From: a virus
Taxonomy: Duplodnaviria; Caudoviricetes
IMG/VR virus record: IMGVR_UViG_3300028886_000037
Location: 96,001 to 160,000 of that record
DNA length: 64,000 bases
Strand: one strand, 5' to 3'
Shown: positions 19,299 through 28,732 of the stretch, in pieces
How positions within the stretch are numbered: the stretch's first letter is position 1
Layout of the letters: every line of letters starts with the position of its first letter
Notes under the pieces: model-generated
What the model saw: the letters and a program-made list of their open reading frames with translations, nothing else
What the model was told of the DNA's origin: nothing
Database searches by the model: none
Program-made: the position numbers and the translations under genes

Positions 19299-20729
19299 TT
19301 AGCTTCTAGTCCACTCGTACTTAAGAGTGCCACAGTCGTATATTCGTGGACACTTTCGTTCCTTCATAATCTCATGCTCTGACTTATTCGGATCTGCTCC
19401 TTCTGCCACGAGCTTGTGCTTCTGGAACTCGAAACGAGAATGTCTCTTGTGTTTGACGATGTATGCATAGGATGGATCCGACTTGTGTATGAACTTGAAT
19501 CCGAGCTTATCATATAGATCCCCTCTCGACCATCTTCGATCTGCGTAGCTTACTATCTTCGAGATTTCCGGGTGATCTTTGACGAAATGAGACAGGAGCT
19601 TGCTAGCTCCTCCCACTACATTTACGTCAACTTCAGTAGCGAAGCGAAGAAGCTCTATCTCGTCAGCGAATCTAGACTTTCCGAAGGTCATCACAGCGAC
19701 AAGGCCGTCATGATAGAACAGACCGTACTGCCACTTCGACGTGCAGCTGCCCTGAATGTGGCATAAATCTAGGAACTCTTTGCTCTCTTTGAAGCTTATT
19801 TGCTTACACACAGTCTCTCTTGCGAATATGCATTCATTTCTTCCGAGCATACCACGAAGACGGCTCTTCACAATATCTTTCTTGTTCTTCCATTCATCTT
19901 CGAATATGTGAATGAGCTGCCAGCCTTTATCTTCGCAAGCCTCTGTCTTCTTCAAATGGTAGTCTTTCCCTACTACATTCTCATTGTGCCAGTAGAATCC
20001 GTCATACTCGATAGCTATTTTGTGATCTGATAGTACAATGTCTAGTTCTTTTCCGTCAAGAAGCTTTCGATCATTGAGAGATATTCTTCCTGGCTTAAGA
20101 TCTTTGATGAACTCTCTAATCTCACGCTCAGGAATGCTGACGGACTTTCTGTTGTTGCAGAAGTGACATATACCGTAGTCCTCTGTTCTCGCCATGCGGT
20201 CGATGAGAGATCTGACATAAGTGCTCTCGTTTCCGCACTTGTTGCATCTGAAAGTGACTGGTTGCTTCTCAGTCTGATCATATCTGATGAATGTGCAGTC
20301 TGCTTTCTCGAAGTACTTCTTGAACGACTCTTCGCTGCGCTTCTGACGCTTCTCAAGCTCTTCATACGATATGCACTTTCCATCAGCGTTCTTATGAGAT
20401 TCGATATTCTTCAGACGCCACTCGCGTACCTGGTCTTCTGTGAGCTTCGATATGCTCTCAGCACGCTTAGCCTTGACTTCTGGATCCTGCCATACGCACT
20501 TGTTAGAGCAGAATTTTTGATAGCCTTTGATGAGACCTCGGAAAGGAGTCGGACCACCACATGTCGGACAGATTCCATCCTCTGGCTTCTTCAAGAACTC
20601 GTCATAGTAGCTATGAACTGTGTAGTCATTGTGGTGAAACTGAATGTGCGTAGTTAGCTGAGTTATCTTCTCAAAATTATCATGGCATATCTTGCACTCG
20701 AACATAGAAACCTCTCTTATACATATCAA
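19299..20729 (-). CDS. Hef-like free-standing homing endonuclease
   Basis: Zn fingers, ELDI...IAIEYDGFYWH, LIHIFEDEW, C-terminal SYADRRWS/IYDCG domain; directly behind terminase. Confidence 0.8.
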   Translation of the reverse strand: MICIREVSMFECKICHDNFEKITQLTTHIQFHHNDYTVHSYYDEFLKKPEDGICPTCGGPTPFRGLIKGYQKFCSNKCVWQDPEVKAKRAESISKLTEDQVREWRLKNIESHKNADGKCISYEELEKRQKRSEESFKKYFEKADCTFIRYDQTEKQPVTFRCNKCGNESTYVRSLIDRMARTEDYGICHFCNNRKSVSIPEREIREFIKDLKPGRISLNDRKLLDGKELDIVLSDHKIAIEYDGFYWHNENVVGKDYHLKKTEACEDKGWQLIHIFEDEWKNKKDIVKSRLRGMLGRNECIFARETVCKQISFKESKEFLDLCHIQGSCTSKWQYGLFYHDGLVAVMTFGKSRFADEIELLRFATEVDVNVVGGASKLLSHFVKDHPEISKIVSYADRRWSRGDLYDKLGFKFIHKSDPSYAYIVKHKRHSRFEFQKHKLVAEGADPNKSEHEIMKERKCPRIYDCGTLKYEWTRS

Positions 20730-20780
20730 ATATATAAAAGTTGTTTCTCGTTTGAAGTGTTTCTACCCATTTATTTTCTA

Positions 20781-20879
20781 TTAAAGTTCGTGTTCTAGGA
20801 TAGAATGTAGCTCTTTTAGCGTCAAAACTGACACTATTCCATTTCTTCTCACTTTTACGAGCTGATCTCCATCACAACA
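20781..20879 (-). mobile_element. Short (32 aa) N-intein of an atypically split intein
   Basis: Block A-like C-x-x-G-D-x-L-V...NG...L-K-E-L starting right after QEYA. Confidence 0.8.
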
Positions 20880-21677
20880 AGCATATTCCTGAGCGAAGTG
20901 CTTGACTCCGTAGTCACGAATGATTCTAGCCTTCCAAGCTTCATCACGTCCATCGATCTCGAACCATTGCACCTTGCATGGAATGAACGAGTTCTCTCCA
21001 GCTACAGCTTTCTGCCAGATGTCAGCAAAGTGATTCATTCCGTTAGGCGTAGAGATCAAGATCAGCTCAGCGTCAGGGTCAGATGCCTGCACAGGCATGA
21101 CTGACTGAATGAAGTCGTCTGCGATAGAGTCATCCAAGTGAGCGAACTCGTCCACCAGCATGTAGTTTACTGACTTACCACGAATAGCGGATGAAGATGA
21201 TGCAGCAGCGAAGACCTTAGTGCCGTTGTCGAGTCCTATGCAGCTCTTAGACCAGCCTCCACGCTGTGGATCGATTCCCTGCTGCAGCCATAGAGGCAGT
21301 CTGACATACGCGTCTCTGATACGTGCCATGATTTCCAGAGCCTGGGATAGCTTGTTAGCGAGGATAGCGATCGTCTTGTCCTCTTCGAACAGCGCTTTCC
21401 AAGTCAGATACAGAGTAGCGATAGTCGTCTTTCCAGACTGACGACCCTGCATGATGATGCGGTTGTTCTTGCCCTCGACTTTAGCGCACAGCGTCTTCAC
21501 CTCTCGGATCTGGTACTCACGCAGAGGAATCGGTCTTGAGCCCTTCGGAGTCAGAATGTAGAAGTACTTAGCGAAGTGGAAGATGTCAGTCTTGCACTTC
21601 ACGTACTCTTCGAGCTGCTCTTCAGTCATCTCGATCTTCTCTTTATGGCCTCTGATATTGTCTGCACCTTGGAACAT
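20781..21677 (-). CDS. terL: Terminase large subunit, N-terminal ATPase half fused to split-intein N-fragment
   Basis: GRQSGKT, AIRGKS, LVDEFAH, ISTPNG.NHF, FAQEYA then CCDGDQLV...KEL and stop; nuclease domain absent. Confidence 0.93.
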   Translation of the reverse strand: MFQGADNIRGHKEKIEMTEEQLEEYVKCKTDIFHFAKYFYILTPKGSRPIPLREYQIREVKTLCAKVEGKNNRIIMQGRQSGKTTIATLYLTWKALFEEDKTIAILANKLSQALEIMARIRDAYVRLPLWLQQGIDPQRGGWSKSCIGLDNGTKVFAAASSSSAIRGKSVNYMLVDEFAHLDDSIADDFIQSVMPVQASDPDAELILISTPNGMNHFADIWQKAVAGENSFIPCKVQWFEIDGRDEAWKARIIRDYGVKHFAQEYACCDGDQLVKVRRNGIVSVLTLKELHSILEHEL

Positions 21678-21700
21678 ATTTTTGAGTTTTCTCCGATTTA

Positions 21701-21733
21701 GGGGTTTAGAGTTTCTCTTGAATTACTTATATT
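21701..21733 (+). promoter_or_regulatory. Early promoter (repeated family)
   Basis: GGGTTTAGAG...CTTATATT; CAACAAAAGGACC. Confidence 0.7.
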
Positions 21734-21766
21734 TACACCGTAACTTCAACAAAAGGACCATAACTT

Positions 21767-21940
21767 ATGCCGCAATTCACTGCACTCATCGTAACTCGCC
21801 GCAAGGACGGCGTTCCTGCTACCTACACTCTCACTCACGAGATCGAAAACCGCATCGCTATGTTCAACTACGTAATCAATCGCTACACGAACAGGTACGA
21901 AGATGTAGAAACTATCACCATCCTCTCGGAGGAAAACTAA
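21767..21940 (+). CDS. Small hypothetical protein (57 aa)
   Basis: MPQFTALIVTRRKDG...SEEN*, below ORF-track cutoff, behind promoter/RBS. Confidence 0.7.
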   Translation: MPQFTALIVTRRKDGVPATYTLTHEIENRIAMFNYVINRYTNRYEDVETITILSEEN

Positions 21941-21943
21941 GCT

Positions 21944-22381
21944 ATGCTGATTGATCCGTCTCAATATGATCTCAGCCAGAACGGCTACACAGTCAATGAG
22001 TTCTACAAGGCTTACAATCATCCGTTCAACCGTCAGGAGAAGAACCTCTCTGTTGAGGATGCATCGAAGTTCGTAGAAGCGGTGCTGCTTCGCGCTATTC
22101 CTCTCACAGCGATTCTCTGCAAGGGATTCAAGGAAGAACACTTCGTCATCACCAACGGCATCGTCTGGTTCAACGCTATCGCCGACTATATGGAAGACAA
22201 GTTTGCGCTCAAGGCTAAGTATCTCACTGCACTCGACGGCAAGAAGTTCTCCGAGATCAGCCGAATGTACCAGCGCAGGATCGAAGAGACGTCTGTGTCA
22301 GTGAAGTTCATGCAATACGGAGACGAACAACACATGAATATGCTCTTCGACTTCATCGACCACTACACTAGACTCCAATAA
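21944..22381 (+). CDS. DUF262/ParB-like domain protein (degenerate)
   Basis: SKFVEAVLLRAIPL...VITNG...LDGKKFSEI...QRRIEET pattern. Confidence 0.55.
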   Translation: MLIDPSQYDLSQNGYTVNEFYKAYNHPFNRQEKNLSVEDASKFVEAVLLRAIPLTAILCKGFKEEHFVITNGIVWFNAIADYMEDKFALKAKYLTALDGKKFSEISRMYQRRIEETSVSVKFMQYGDEQHMNMLFDFIDHYTRLQ

Positions 22382-22509
22382 GATTTCTCTAATTTTAGGG
22401 TTTAGATTTCTCTAAAAAGTACTTATATTTGCCATGTAACTCAAACAAAGGACCTTAACGGTCACGACAAGAAAAAGCCCTGGAAAGACTAACAACAAGG
22501 AGAATCCCA

Positions 22510-22905
22510 ATGAAAAAACTCGCACTCATTCTCGCGCTCTTCACTGCATTTGCTTTCTCGGCAGAATGCAATCAGATCTCTGACCAGATCTCGATCAAGT
22601 TCCTCTGCACTGACGGTCAGATCATCACGCTGCGTGTCAATGACGTCCAAGACACGTACAAAGTCCTGAACGGCATAAACGTAACCGTTGACAACAAGGA
22701 CGGCACTTACACGATCACTGAACATCTGTCTAACTTCAAGGACGAGAAGTGCAAGTCGAAGTATCTGTTCTTCAAGGAAGTCTACGACGAGTTCGGAATC
22801 CGCATCAGCGGCACAGAGAAGTGCACGAACGACGCTAGCTACAGTCCGACTGCTGTATGGAACAACCTTCACGCTCATCACACTTTCTACAAGATGGCCA
22901 AATAA
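22510..22905 (+). CDS. Secreted/periplasmic hypothetical protein
   Basis: Signal peptide MKKLALILALFTAFAFSA; early promoter at 22398-22429. Confidence 0.75.
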   Translation: MKKLALILALFTAFAFSAECNQISDQISIKFLCTDGQIITLRVNDVQDTYKVLNGINVTVDNKDGTYTITEHLSNFKDEKCKSKYLFFKEVYDEFGIRISGTEKCTNDASYSPTAVWNNLHAHHTFYKMAK

Positions 22906-22983
22906 GACTCCGCAAAACACAAAGATGGCGCTGATTACTCCGGTCAGCGCCGTTCTTGTTGTTAGTCTATTGTTAGTCTATTG

Positions 22984-23226
22984 TCAGTCTACGCCGAAGT
23001 CTACATCGTCAGCAGCGCATGCAGCTCCGATAGCGTCGCAGATGGCTTCTCCAGGAACAAGATATTCCTCTACGCCCTCGAAGTCGATGTGAATGCATCG
23101 CTTTCCTTCGTGCCATTCTGGATCGATCTCGTCAGAGATGCCAGTTATCCCCTTGTGATTGCGGATATAGTTGATGAGGCCATCAGCCATCGCGATCTTA
23201 GCTTTGTCTGAGAATTCTAGCATCAC
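22984..23226 (-). CDS. Hypothetical protein
   Basis: 80 aa, coupled to gyrB stop. Confidence 0.65.
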   Translation of the reverse strand: MMLEFSDKAKIAMADGLINYIRNHKGITGISDEIDPEWHEGKRCIHIDFEGVEEYLVPGEAICDAIGAACAADDVDFGVD

Positions 23227-25106
23227 TTCACCTCCAAGAGCACTTTTCTGAACTCAGAGTCGCCAGCCATCGTCTGTTCGAGCGTCTCTAGCGTCTTGTC
23301 GTCATACTTCATCTGGATCAGCTTTCTAGTCTTCGGAGAGATGCAGAGAGTAGCCAAGTCGTCAGCGTTGCACTCTCCCCAACCCTTGAGTCGAGTGATC
23401 GTGTACTGTTTGCACTTCGCTTCCTTCATCTTCTTTTCGACTTCGTTTCTGCTGTTTCCATAGACTCTAGCGCTAGCGCCATTAGCCATGAACAACGGAG
23501 AGTCCACAGTGTATACGTGACCGTTCTTTACGAGGTCTGGCATATACTTCAGAAGGAACGCCAGAACGAGGTTTGTGATGTGAAGTCCGTCAGGGTCAGC
23601 GTCTGTCAAGATGATCAGCTTGCTGAATCTGAGCTTAGACTCGTCATACTGGTCGAGAACGCCACAGCCGAGTGCAGCAGTCAGGTCCTTGATCTCTCTG
23701 TTTCCGTCTTGCTCTGAACCCTTCTTTGTCGATCCGAAGAGCTGTGTCTGAGTAGCCTTCGCAGCGTTGATGATCTTTCCGCGAAGCTTCAGACAGGCCT
23801 GGAATCCCTCACGAGCTTGCTTGAAGTGACCACCAGCAGAGTCTCCCTCCACTACGAACATCTCAAGGTCGTCTACGTTTCTGTACTTGCGTCTGTCGGC
23901 GTCAGAGAACTTCTCGGAGATGTACTTAGCAGCGTTGTTGAGCTTGTTAAGACCCTTGAGCATGTCCTTGCTAGCTTTCATCTTCTGACGCTCGTCATAC
24001 ATCTTCTCTGCGAACTTGACGATCCGGTCGAGAGTGGACTTGTTGTCACGGAAGAACTTTCTGAGCGGCTTGTCCAGCAGATCCTGAACGTCCTTCTCGG
24101 CCGATACTGTAGTCAGCTCATTCTTAGTCTGGCCCTGATACTGCGGATCAGCCATCTTGAAGTGAATAGCTCCGACCATTCCCTCTAGAATGTCGTCGCT
24201 AGTGATGGACTTCTTAGAGCTCTCTTTGACGATGTCGCAGATGGCTTTTCTGAATCCCTTGAGATGAGTACCGCCCATGTCTGTGTAGACGTTGTTCACG
24301 TACGAGCGGAAGGAAGAACCCTCACGCTGAGTGAAGTTGATGGCTGCGTCGATATTCTCGGCAGAGTAGGAGAAGATGATCTCTTTGTCTTTGCCCTCTG
24401 ATACCATGTCGGCTAGACCAGACTCAGAATAGAAGTCGGTCTCGGCTCCGTCCACGAAGAGCTTTATGCGAAGCTTCGGACATAGATACTTCACGTCGTC
24501 TAGCTCACGCTTGAGCCTAGAGATGTCCATGTCGATTCCGTCTTCGAAGATCTTAGCGTCTGGAAGGAATCTTACGATCGTTCCTGTGTCTTTGACCCAC
24601 TTCTCGAACTCTCCACATCCACCTCTTGTGACCTCTCCGTCAGCTACCCCACGAACGAACGCTTGATGCATCCACGTGCGCTTCTCGTTGTTGTTAGAGT
24701 ACGCGACGAGCCACTTAGACAGAGCGTTAGTGCCCTTGTTTCCGACGCCGTTCTTACCAGCAGAGATCTTGTAAGACTCTTTGTCGAACTTGCCACCAGC
24801 GTGCATCTGGCCAAATACGAGCCATAGAGCTGATTTTCCGGTCTTTTTGTTGATACCCGTGGGAATACCGCGACCGTTGTCGATGACCGTGCAGATCTTG
24901 CTTTCTGTGCTGTAATCGATCACTATTAGATTGTTGTGACCGATGATGTACTCATCCAGAGAGTTGTCGATGATCTCTCGAAGGCATCGGTAGAGCGCTG
25001 GGGCGTACTTACCAGTCGTAGCGCCCATGTACATGTCTGGTCTCTTTCGAACGAAGTCTGGATAGACTAGACCCTCGATCGCGTTGGCGTCATAAGCTTT
25101 AGCCAT
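23223..25106 (-). CDS. gyrB: Type IIA topoisomerase B subunit (GyrB/ParE-like)
   Basis: VRKRPDMY, EIIDNS.DE, DNGRGIP, HAGGKF, VEGDSAGG, LRGKI, TDADPDG, RLKGWGE. Confidence 0.93.
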   Translation of the reverse strand: MAKAYDANAIEGLVYPDFVRKRPDMYMGATTGKYAPALYRCLREIIDNSLDEYIIGHNNLIVIDYSTESKICTVIDNGRGIPTGINKKTGKSALWLVFGQMHAGGKFDKESYKISAGKNGVGNKGTNALSKWLVAYSNNNEKRTWMHQAFVRGVADGEVTRGGCGEFEKWVKDTGTIVRFLPDAKIFEDGIDMDISRLKRELDDVKYLCPKLRIKLFVDGAETDFYSESGLADMVSEGKDKEIIFSYSAENIDAAINFTQREGSSFRSYVNNVYTDMGGTHLKGFRKAICDIVKESSKKSITSDDILEGMVGAIHFKMADPQYQGQTKNELTTVSAEKDVQDLLDKPLRKFFRDNKSTLDRIVKFAEKMYDERQKMKASKDMLKGLNKLNNAAKYISEKFSDADRRKYRNVDDLEMFVVEGDSAGGHFKQAREGFQACLKLRGKIINAAKATQTQLFGSTKKGSEQDGNREIKDLTAALGCGVLDQYDESKLRFSKLIILTDADPDGLHITNLVLAFLLKYMPDLVKNGHVYTVDSPLFMANGASARVYGNSRNEVEKKMKEAKCKQYTITRLKGWGECNADDLATLCISPKTRKLIQMKYDDKTLETLEQTMAGDSEFRKVLLEVK

Positions 25107-25560
25107 TGAAGTCCTCCGGCTTCTTGTCTGCGATAGACTCTGCGTAAGTCTTCAGATCAGCGATAGTGATGTTCCACTCGGATTCAGATAGCAGAGGAAG
25201 CGGATGATCGAGATGATCGTACTCGGCTAGAACAGCCTGAGTGATAGTCTCCATAGCTCTTCTGATGCATTGCACATCTTCAACTTCGCAGAATCTCTCC
25301 ATCTTCTTTACGAGCGCTGGAATTTCCTCTTCAGCGCATACTACGATCTTGCAGAGCTTCTGAATGTTGGCGTAGAAGTGATTTAGATAGAAGACTGCCT
25401 TCTTGACGTCTTCTGCGGGTAGTTTCTTGCTCTTGTAGCGAGCGAGATACTTGAATGCGTTTCCAAGATCGAAGTTGAGATTTCCAGTGACTTCGATAAC
25501 CTCAATTCCTGCCTTGTTGTTGCAGTAGTGCGATGGATGATTTACGTTGTCTACGGCCAT
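25099..25560 (-). CDS. DUF3310-family protein
   Basis: DNVNHPSHY, LGNAFKY..R...K...EDVKKA.FYL. Confidence 0.85.
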   Translation of the reverse strand: MAVDNVNHPSHYCNNKAGIEVIEVTGNLNFDLGNAFKYLARYKSKKLPAEDVKKAVFYLNHFYANIQKLCKIVVCAEEEIPALVKKMERFCEVEDVQCIRRAMETITQAVLAEYDHLDHPLPLLSESEWNITIADLKTYAESIADKKPEDFNG

Positions 25561-25862
25561 TATACCATATCTCCCATGTCGTATTGTCTAGCGGCATTTT
25601 TCATTTCGCGGTTCCGCTGCGCTGCAGCTGCCATCCTTCTCTCTTCCTCGATCTTTCGCTTGATCTCGTTGTTGCGGTCGATCGCCCACATGATTCGGTA
25701 AGGAAGAGCGACCACGACGCATAGACCAAGAAAAGCGAAGAAGTACGGCGCAACCAGTCTCACGAACCACATAGCAGTAGCTCCGAAGAGGCCGATTCCG
25801 CACATCGTAGCGAGATAGAAGAATGCGACTATCAGGCTAGGAATAACATACTTCTTTTTCAT
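25560..25862 (-). CDS. Membrane protein
   Basis: Two hydrophobic segments then charged tail. Confidence 0.7.
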   Translation of the reverse strand: MKKKYVIPSLIVAFFYLATMCGIGLFGATAMWFVRLVAPYFFAFLGLCVVVALPYRIMWAIDRNNEIKRKIEEERRMAAAAQRNREMKNAARQYDMGDMV

Positions 25863-25864
25863 TT

Positions 25865-26176
25865 TTACTCTCTTTCGTAAGTTTCCTTGAAGATGTCGGG
25901 CTTGCAGAAGTAGAACTCGCCCTGAACTCCCTTGATGACGAAGTCACCCTTTGAAGCGACGTGCTTAGCCTTCTTGTCCTTTCCATCTTCGAGAGTCACG
26001 ACGACCAGTTCATCGTCTTCGAGCTTGACGTTGTCGCCTGCGAACTTCTTGACTGCATCGAAGTTGTCGCCAGTCCACTTGATAGCCTCGATAGATACTG
26101 GCTTCTTGCGGAACTTGACGTGTTCCTTGTCGCAATCTGGATTCTTTGATTCGTTTAGCCAACTTGTGAATGACAT
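25865..26176 (-). CDS. Conserved phage protein (FRKKPV.IEA family)
   Basis: FRKKPVSIEAIKW...TLE...GDFVIKGVQGEFY.CKPDIF.ETYE. Confidence 0.8.
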   Translation of the reverse strand: MSFTSWLNESKNPDCDKEHVKFRKKPVSIEAIKWTGDNFDAVKKFAGDNVKLEDDELVVVTLEDGKDKKAKHVASKGDFVIKGVQGEFYFCKPDIFKETYERE

Positions 26177-26196
26177 ACTTAGTTCCTCCTTATAAG

Positions 26197-26568
26197 TTAG
26201 ATTCCGAACATGCCAGCTCTGGACATGCCGTTAGCCTGATCAGAAGTGTTCTCGAGGAACTCGTCTGCGTGTTCGCCCTCTTCGAGAATCATGATGATTT
26301 CAGGCTCCTTGCAGATCCAGACATCCTTCTTCTCGCCGTCCTTCTCGTAGTCGAGATGGAGAGCTGCGATGTTGTTGATGATGACGCGGTCGCCCTCTTT
26401 GACTCCCGGAGCACGACGCTGTCCATCGGGATAGTAGCGGCCAGGGCCAACCTTGATGACAGTGCCCTCTACGAGGCCGATTGTCTTGTGAGCTTCGGGA
26501 ATGTAGATTCCCTTGACTTGAACCTTCTTTGGAACTTCGATTGCGATCTTGTCGTCTACGATGATCAT
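26197..26568 (-). CDS. groES: GroES-like co-chaperonin
   Basis: DKIAI, GIYIP, GTVIKVGPG, VKEGDRV. Confidence 0.85.
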   Translation of the reverse strand: MIIVDDKIAIEVPKKVQVKGIYIPEAHKTIGLVEGTVIKVGPGRYYPDGQRRAPGVKEGDRVIINNIAALHLDYEKDGEKKDVWICKEPEIIMILEEGEHADEFLENTSDQANGMSRAGMFGI

Positions 26569-26655
26569 AGTCTTTCTCCAGTTTAGTAAAATACACGCCT
26601 CAGTAAGGCGGTCTTTAAATGAATATACAAATTTATAGTGAAGTTTGAATTCGTA

Positions 26656-27501
26656 TCAGAAATTGATCAGGAATTCCTTCTTGTCTAGCTTGTGGTGAGG
26701 CGGCTTGTCTGGGCTTCCGACTGAGTTAGAGATAGACAGGATTTTCTTTCCGTCTACCGTCACTTCTCGCTTGAACTGATCATGAAGATGTCCAGAGTGC
26801 CAGATCGCTCCATCGGGAAGCTTCTCTAAGATCTTAGATCCGTCGAATGCAGAGAGTCCGTAGTCAAGTCCCTTGGACTCAAGATCAGAGTTTCTCTCGA
26901 TCAGCTGGATCGCTGGAAAGTGCGTAATGAGAATCTTCGTCGTCTTGCTTATGCTTCGACCCACTGCCTCGTTCTCGTACTCAGCCATCTCGTTGAAGTC
27001 TGTAGTCCAGCCGAGCTTGAAGTTCTTGTAGTCTTTGCCGTTCTGCCACTTCTGGAGCATGTGTTCAGAATCTGAAGTAGCTGATCCGTCAGCATATCCC
27101 ATGCCTCCACAGATGTACTTGCCGTTCCAGAACTTCTCAGAGCCCTTGAGAATGTCTAGCATGTCTACTCTCTTTCTCTCGTCGAAAGTAGCTGTGTGCA
27201 GAAACGTCTCTATTCTCTCACGCTTAGTGTAAGTGTCGAGACCACGATTGCAGTCCTCTTCGTTGAGGCGCATCTCGTGATTCCCATACACATAGAAAAT
27301 GTGCTGGTACATGTCTGCCAGCACTTTGAATGTCGAAAATATCGAGTTAACTGAGCAGGCTACGTCTCCAGCGATGAACAGACAGTCAGCGGGAAGACAC
27401 CATTTCTCCAAGAGCTTCTTGTACTGAGCTGTGTTGGAGAAGGCTGACTGTGTCTTGACCCACTTGTCTATATGGAGATCGTTGATGAAGTAGCCAGTCA
27501 A
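26656..27501 (-). CDS. Calcineurin-like metallophosphoesterase
   Basis: DLH, AGD, GNHE, THF, GHLH. Confidence 0.88.
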   Translation of the reverse strand: MTGYFINDLHIDKWVKTQSAFSNTAQYKKLLEKWCLPADCLFIAGDVACSVNSIFSTFKVLADMYQHIFYVYGNHEMRLNEEDCNRGLDTYTKRERIETFLHTATFDERKRVDMLDILKGSEKFWNGKYICGGMGYADGSATSDSEHMLQKWQNGKDYKNFKLGWTTDFNEMAEYENEAVGRSISKTTKILITHFPAIQLIERNSDLESKGLDYGLSAFDGSKILEKLPDGAIWHSGHLHDQFKREVTVDGKKILSISNSVGSPDKPPHHKLDKKEFLINF

Positions 27502-27510
27502 GATTTCCTC

Positions 27511-28179
27511 TTACTTGAAGCTGATTTCGACCTGGTAATTCTCTGTATTTCCAGAGTAAGACGGAATGTGCTCGCGAATGAGGTTATCGAGCTGATTCTT
27601 GATCAGTTCCTCTTCTGAGTCGTATTCTCTCGAGTCGAAAGTATCGACGAACTTTCTCCAGACTTCGCCGCTGCCAGAGAACTTGATCATCCAGTTTCTC
27701 TCGCTAGTAGTCGTGAAGTAGAAGACCGAGTTAGAGTTCTCGCCGTAAGCTCCATCGTGACCCCAGTCGGCTATAGGCTCGTCGTCCACGTCCTTAGTGA
27801 CCTTTGCCTGGCCGTGCTGCTCGGTTACGGTGATTCCGAATTTGTTCAATGCTTCTTGAATAGCGTTCACGTCGATCCAAGTCCAAGCTCTAGTCACTTC
27901 GACGTCGCCCTTCTTGTGGAACATGCCGACAGTTCTTCCGCCCATCATACTTCCCTGTTCTCCAGACTCGTCGAGTCCGTAGCTGCGATGGAGCATGTGA
28001 TAGGTTCTGCGACCTTCCTTGGTGCTCATATCTGCAACTTTCACAGTGTCGTGCTTGATGTAGACATTAGCTACGACTACCTTCTCGTCGATAGATTCAT
28101 CCACTCTTTTTTCTGTCGGTGCGATGATCTCGTACTCGCCAGTCGATTCAAGAAGCTTGTAAGCGCTCAAAAATTTCAT
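27511..28179 (-). CDS. Hypothetical protein (late promoter upstream)
   Basis: 222 aa; TATAAATA at 28206-28213, AGGAG RBS. Confidence 0.75.
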   Translation of the reverse strand: MKFLSAYKLLESTGEYEIIAPTEKRVDESIDEKVVVANVYIKHDTVKVADMSTKEGRRTYHMLHRSYGLDESGEQGSMMGGRTVGMFHKKGDVEVTRAWTWIDVNAIQEALNKFGITVTEQHGQAKVTKDVDDEPIADWGHDGAYGENSNSVFYFTTTSERNWMIKFSGSGEVWRKFVDTFDSREYDSEEELIKNQLDNLIREHIPSYSGNTENYQVEISFK

Positions 28180-28204
28180 AAAGATACTCCTTATCTAGTA
28201 CCTG

Positions 28205-28732
28205 TTATTTATACTTCGACTTGCCCTTCTTGTCGGACTCCATCTCTTCGGCCACGATGTCTTTCCAGCGGTTACGAATTCTCTCCGCTTCGTCGACATC
28301 CATGCCCTCCATGTAGTCCCTAGCTTTTTCGATCGTATAGAAGTACTCGTGCATGATTGCGCGTAGGAGCTCTTCGTCTGGCTCTTGGAACTTCTTGTAG
28401 ATCTTGCTCGTGAAGTAGTGCTTCTGGCGTCTCAGAGTGCAGCACATGAGCTCGTAGAAGTCTTTGTCGCTCAGTTCGAGCTGCGAGATCACGTTGAAGA
28501 TCGGAAGATACTCTTCATAGGTAGAGAGCCACTTGAGAATCATGTACTGACTCATAGCGCCGCGCTCTTCGTCTGTGAGGTCTTCCCACGGACACTTGTC
28601 GCCGCCCATGTGGTCTACCAAGCTAAAGAACGGGCTCTTTTTCTTCTCTTTCTTGACTTCTGTCGTCGGCTGTGCGTTCTGCAAGCGCAACTGCTTCCTG
28701 AAAAGTGCGATGCTCGATTGTCGTCTTGGCAT
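28205..28732 (-). CDS. Clamp loader small subunit (gp62-like)
   Basis: SQYMILKWLS, FYELM, I..EY.Y.IEKA.DY; near gp44/gp45. Confidence 0.65.
   Translation of the reverse strand: MPRRQSSIALFRKQLRLQNAQPTTEVKKEKKKSPFFSLVDHMGGDKCPWEDLTDEERGAMSQYMILKWLSTYEEYLPIFNVISQLELSDKDFYELMCCTLRRQKHYFTSKIYKKFQEPDEELLRAIMHEYFYTIEKARDYMEGMDVDEAERIRNRWKDIVAEEMESDKKGKSKYK

Noticed and set aside
22510-22905. Host assignment from signal-peptide style
   Set aside because: Too weak to name a host without a database search.
28623-28732. Programmed frameshift at long gene overlaps (also 1139-1203)
   Set aside because: Downstream genes have their own RBS and no slippery site or stimulatory structure was evident.
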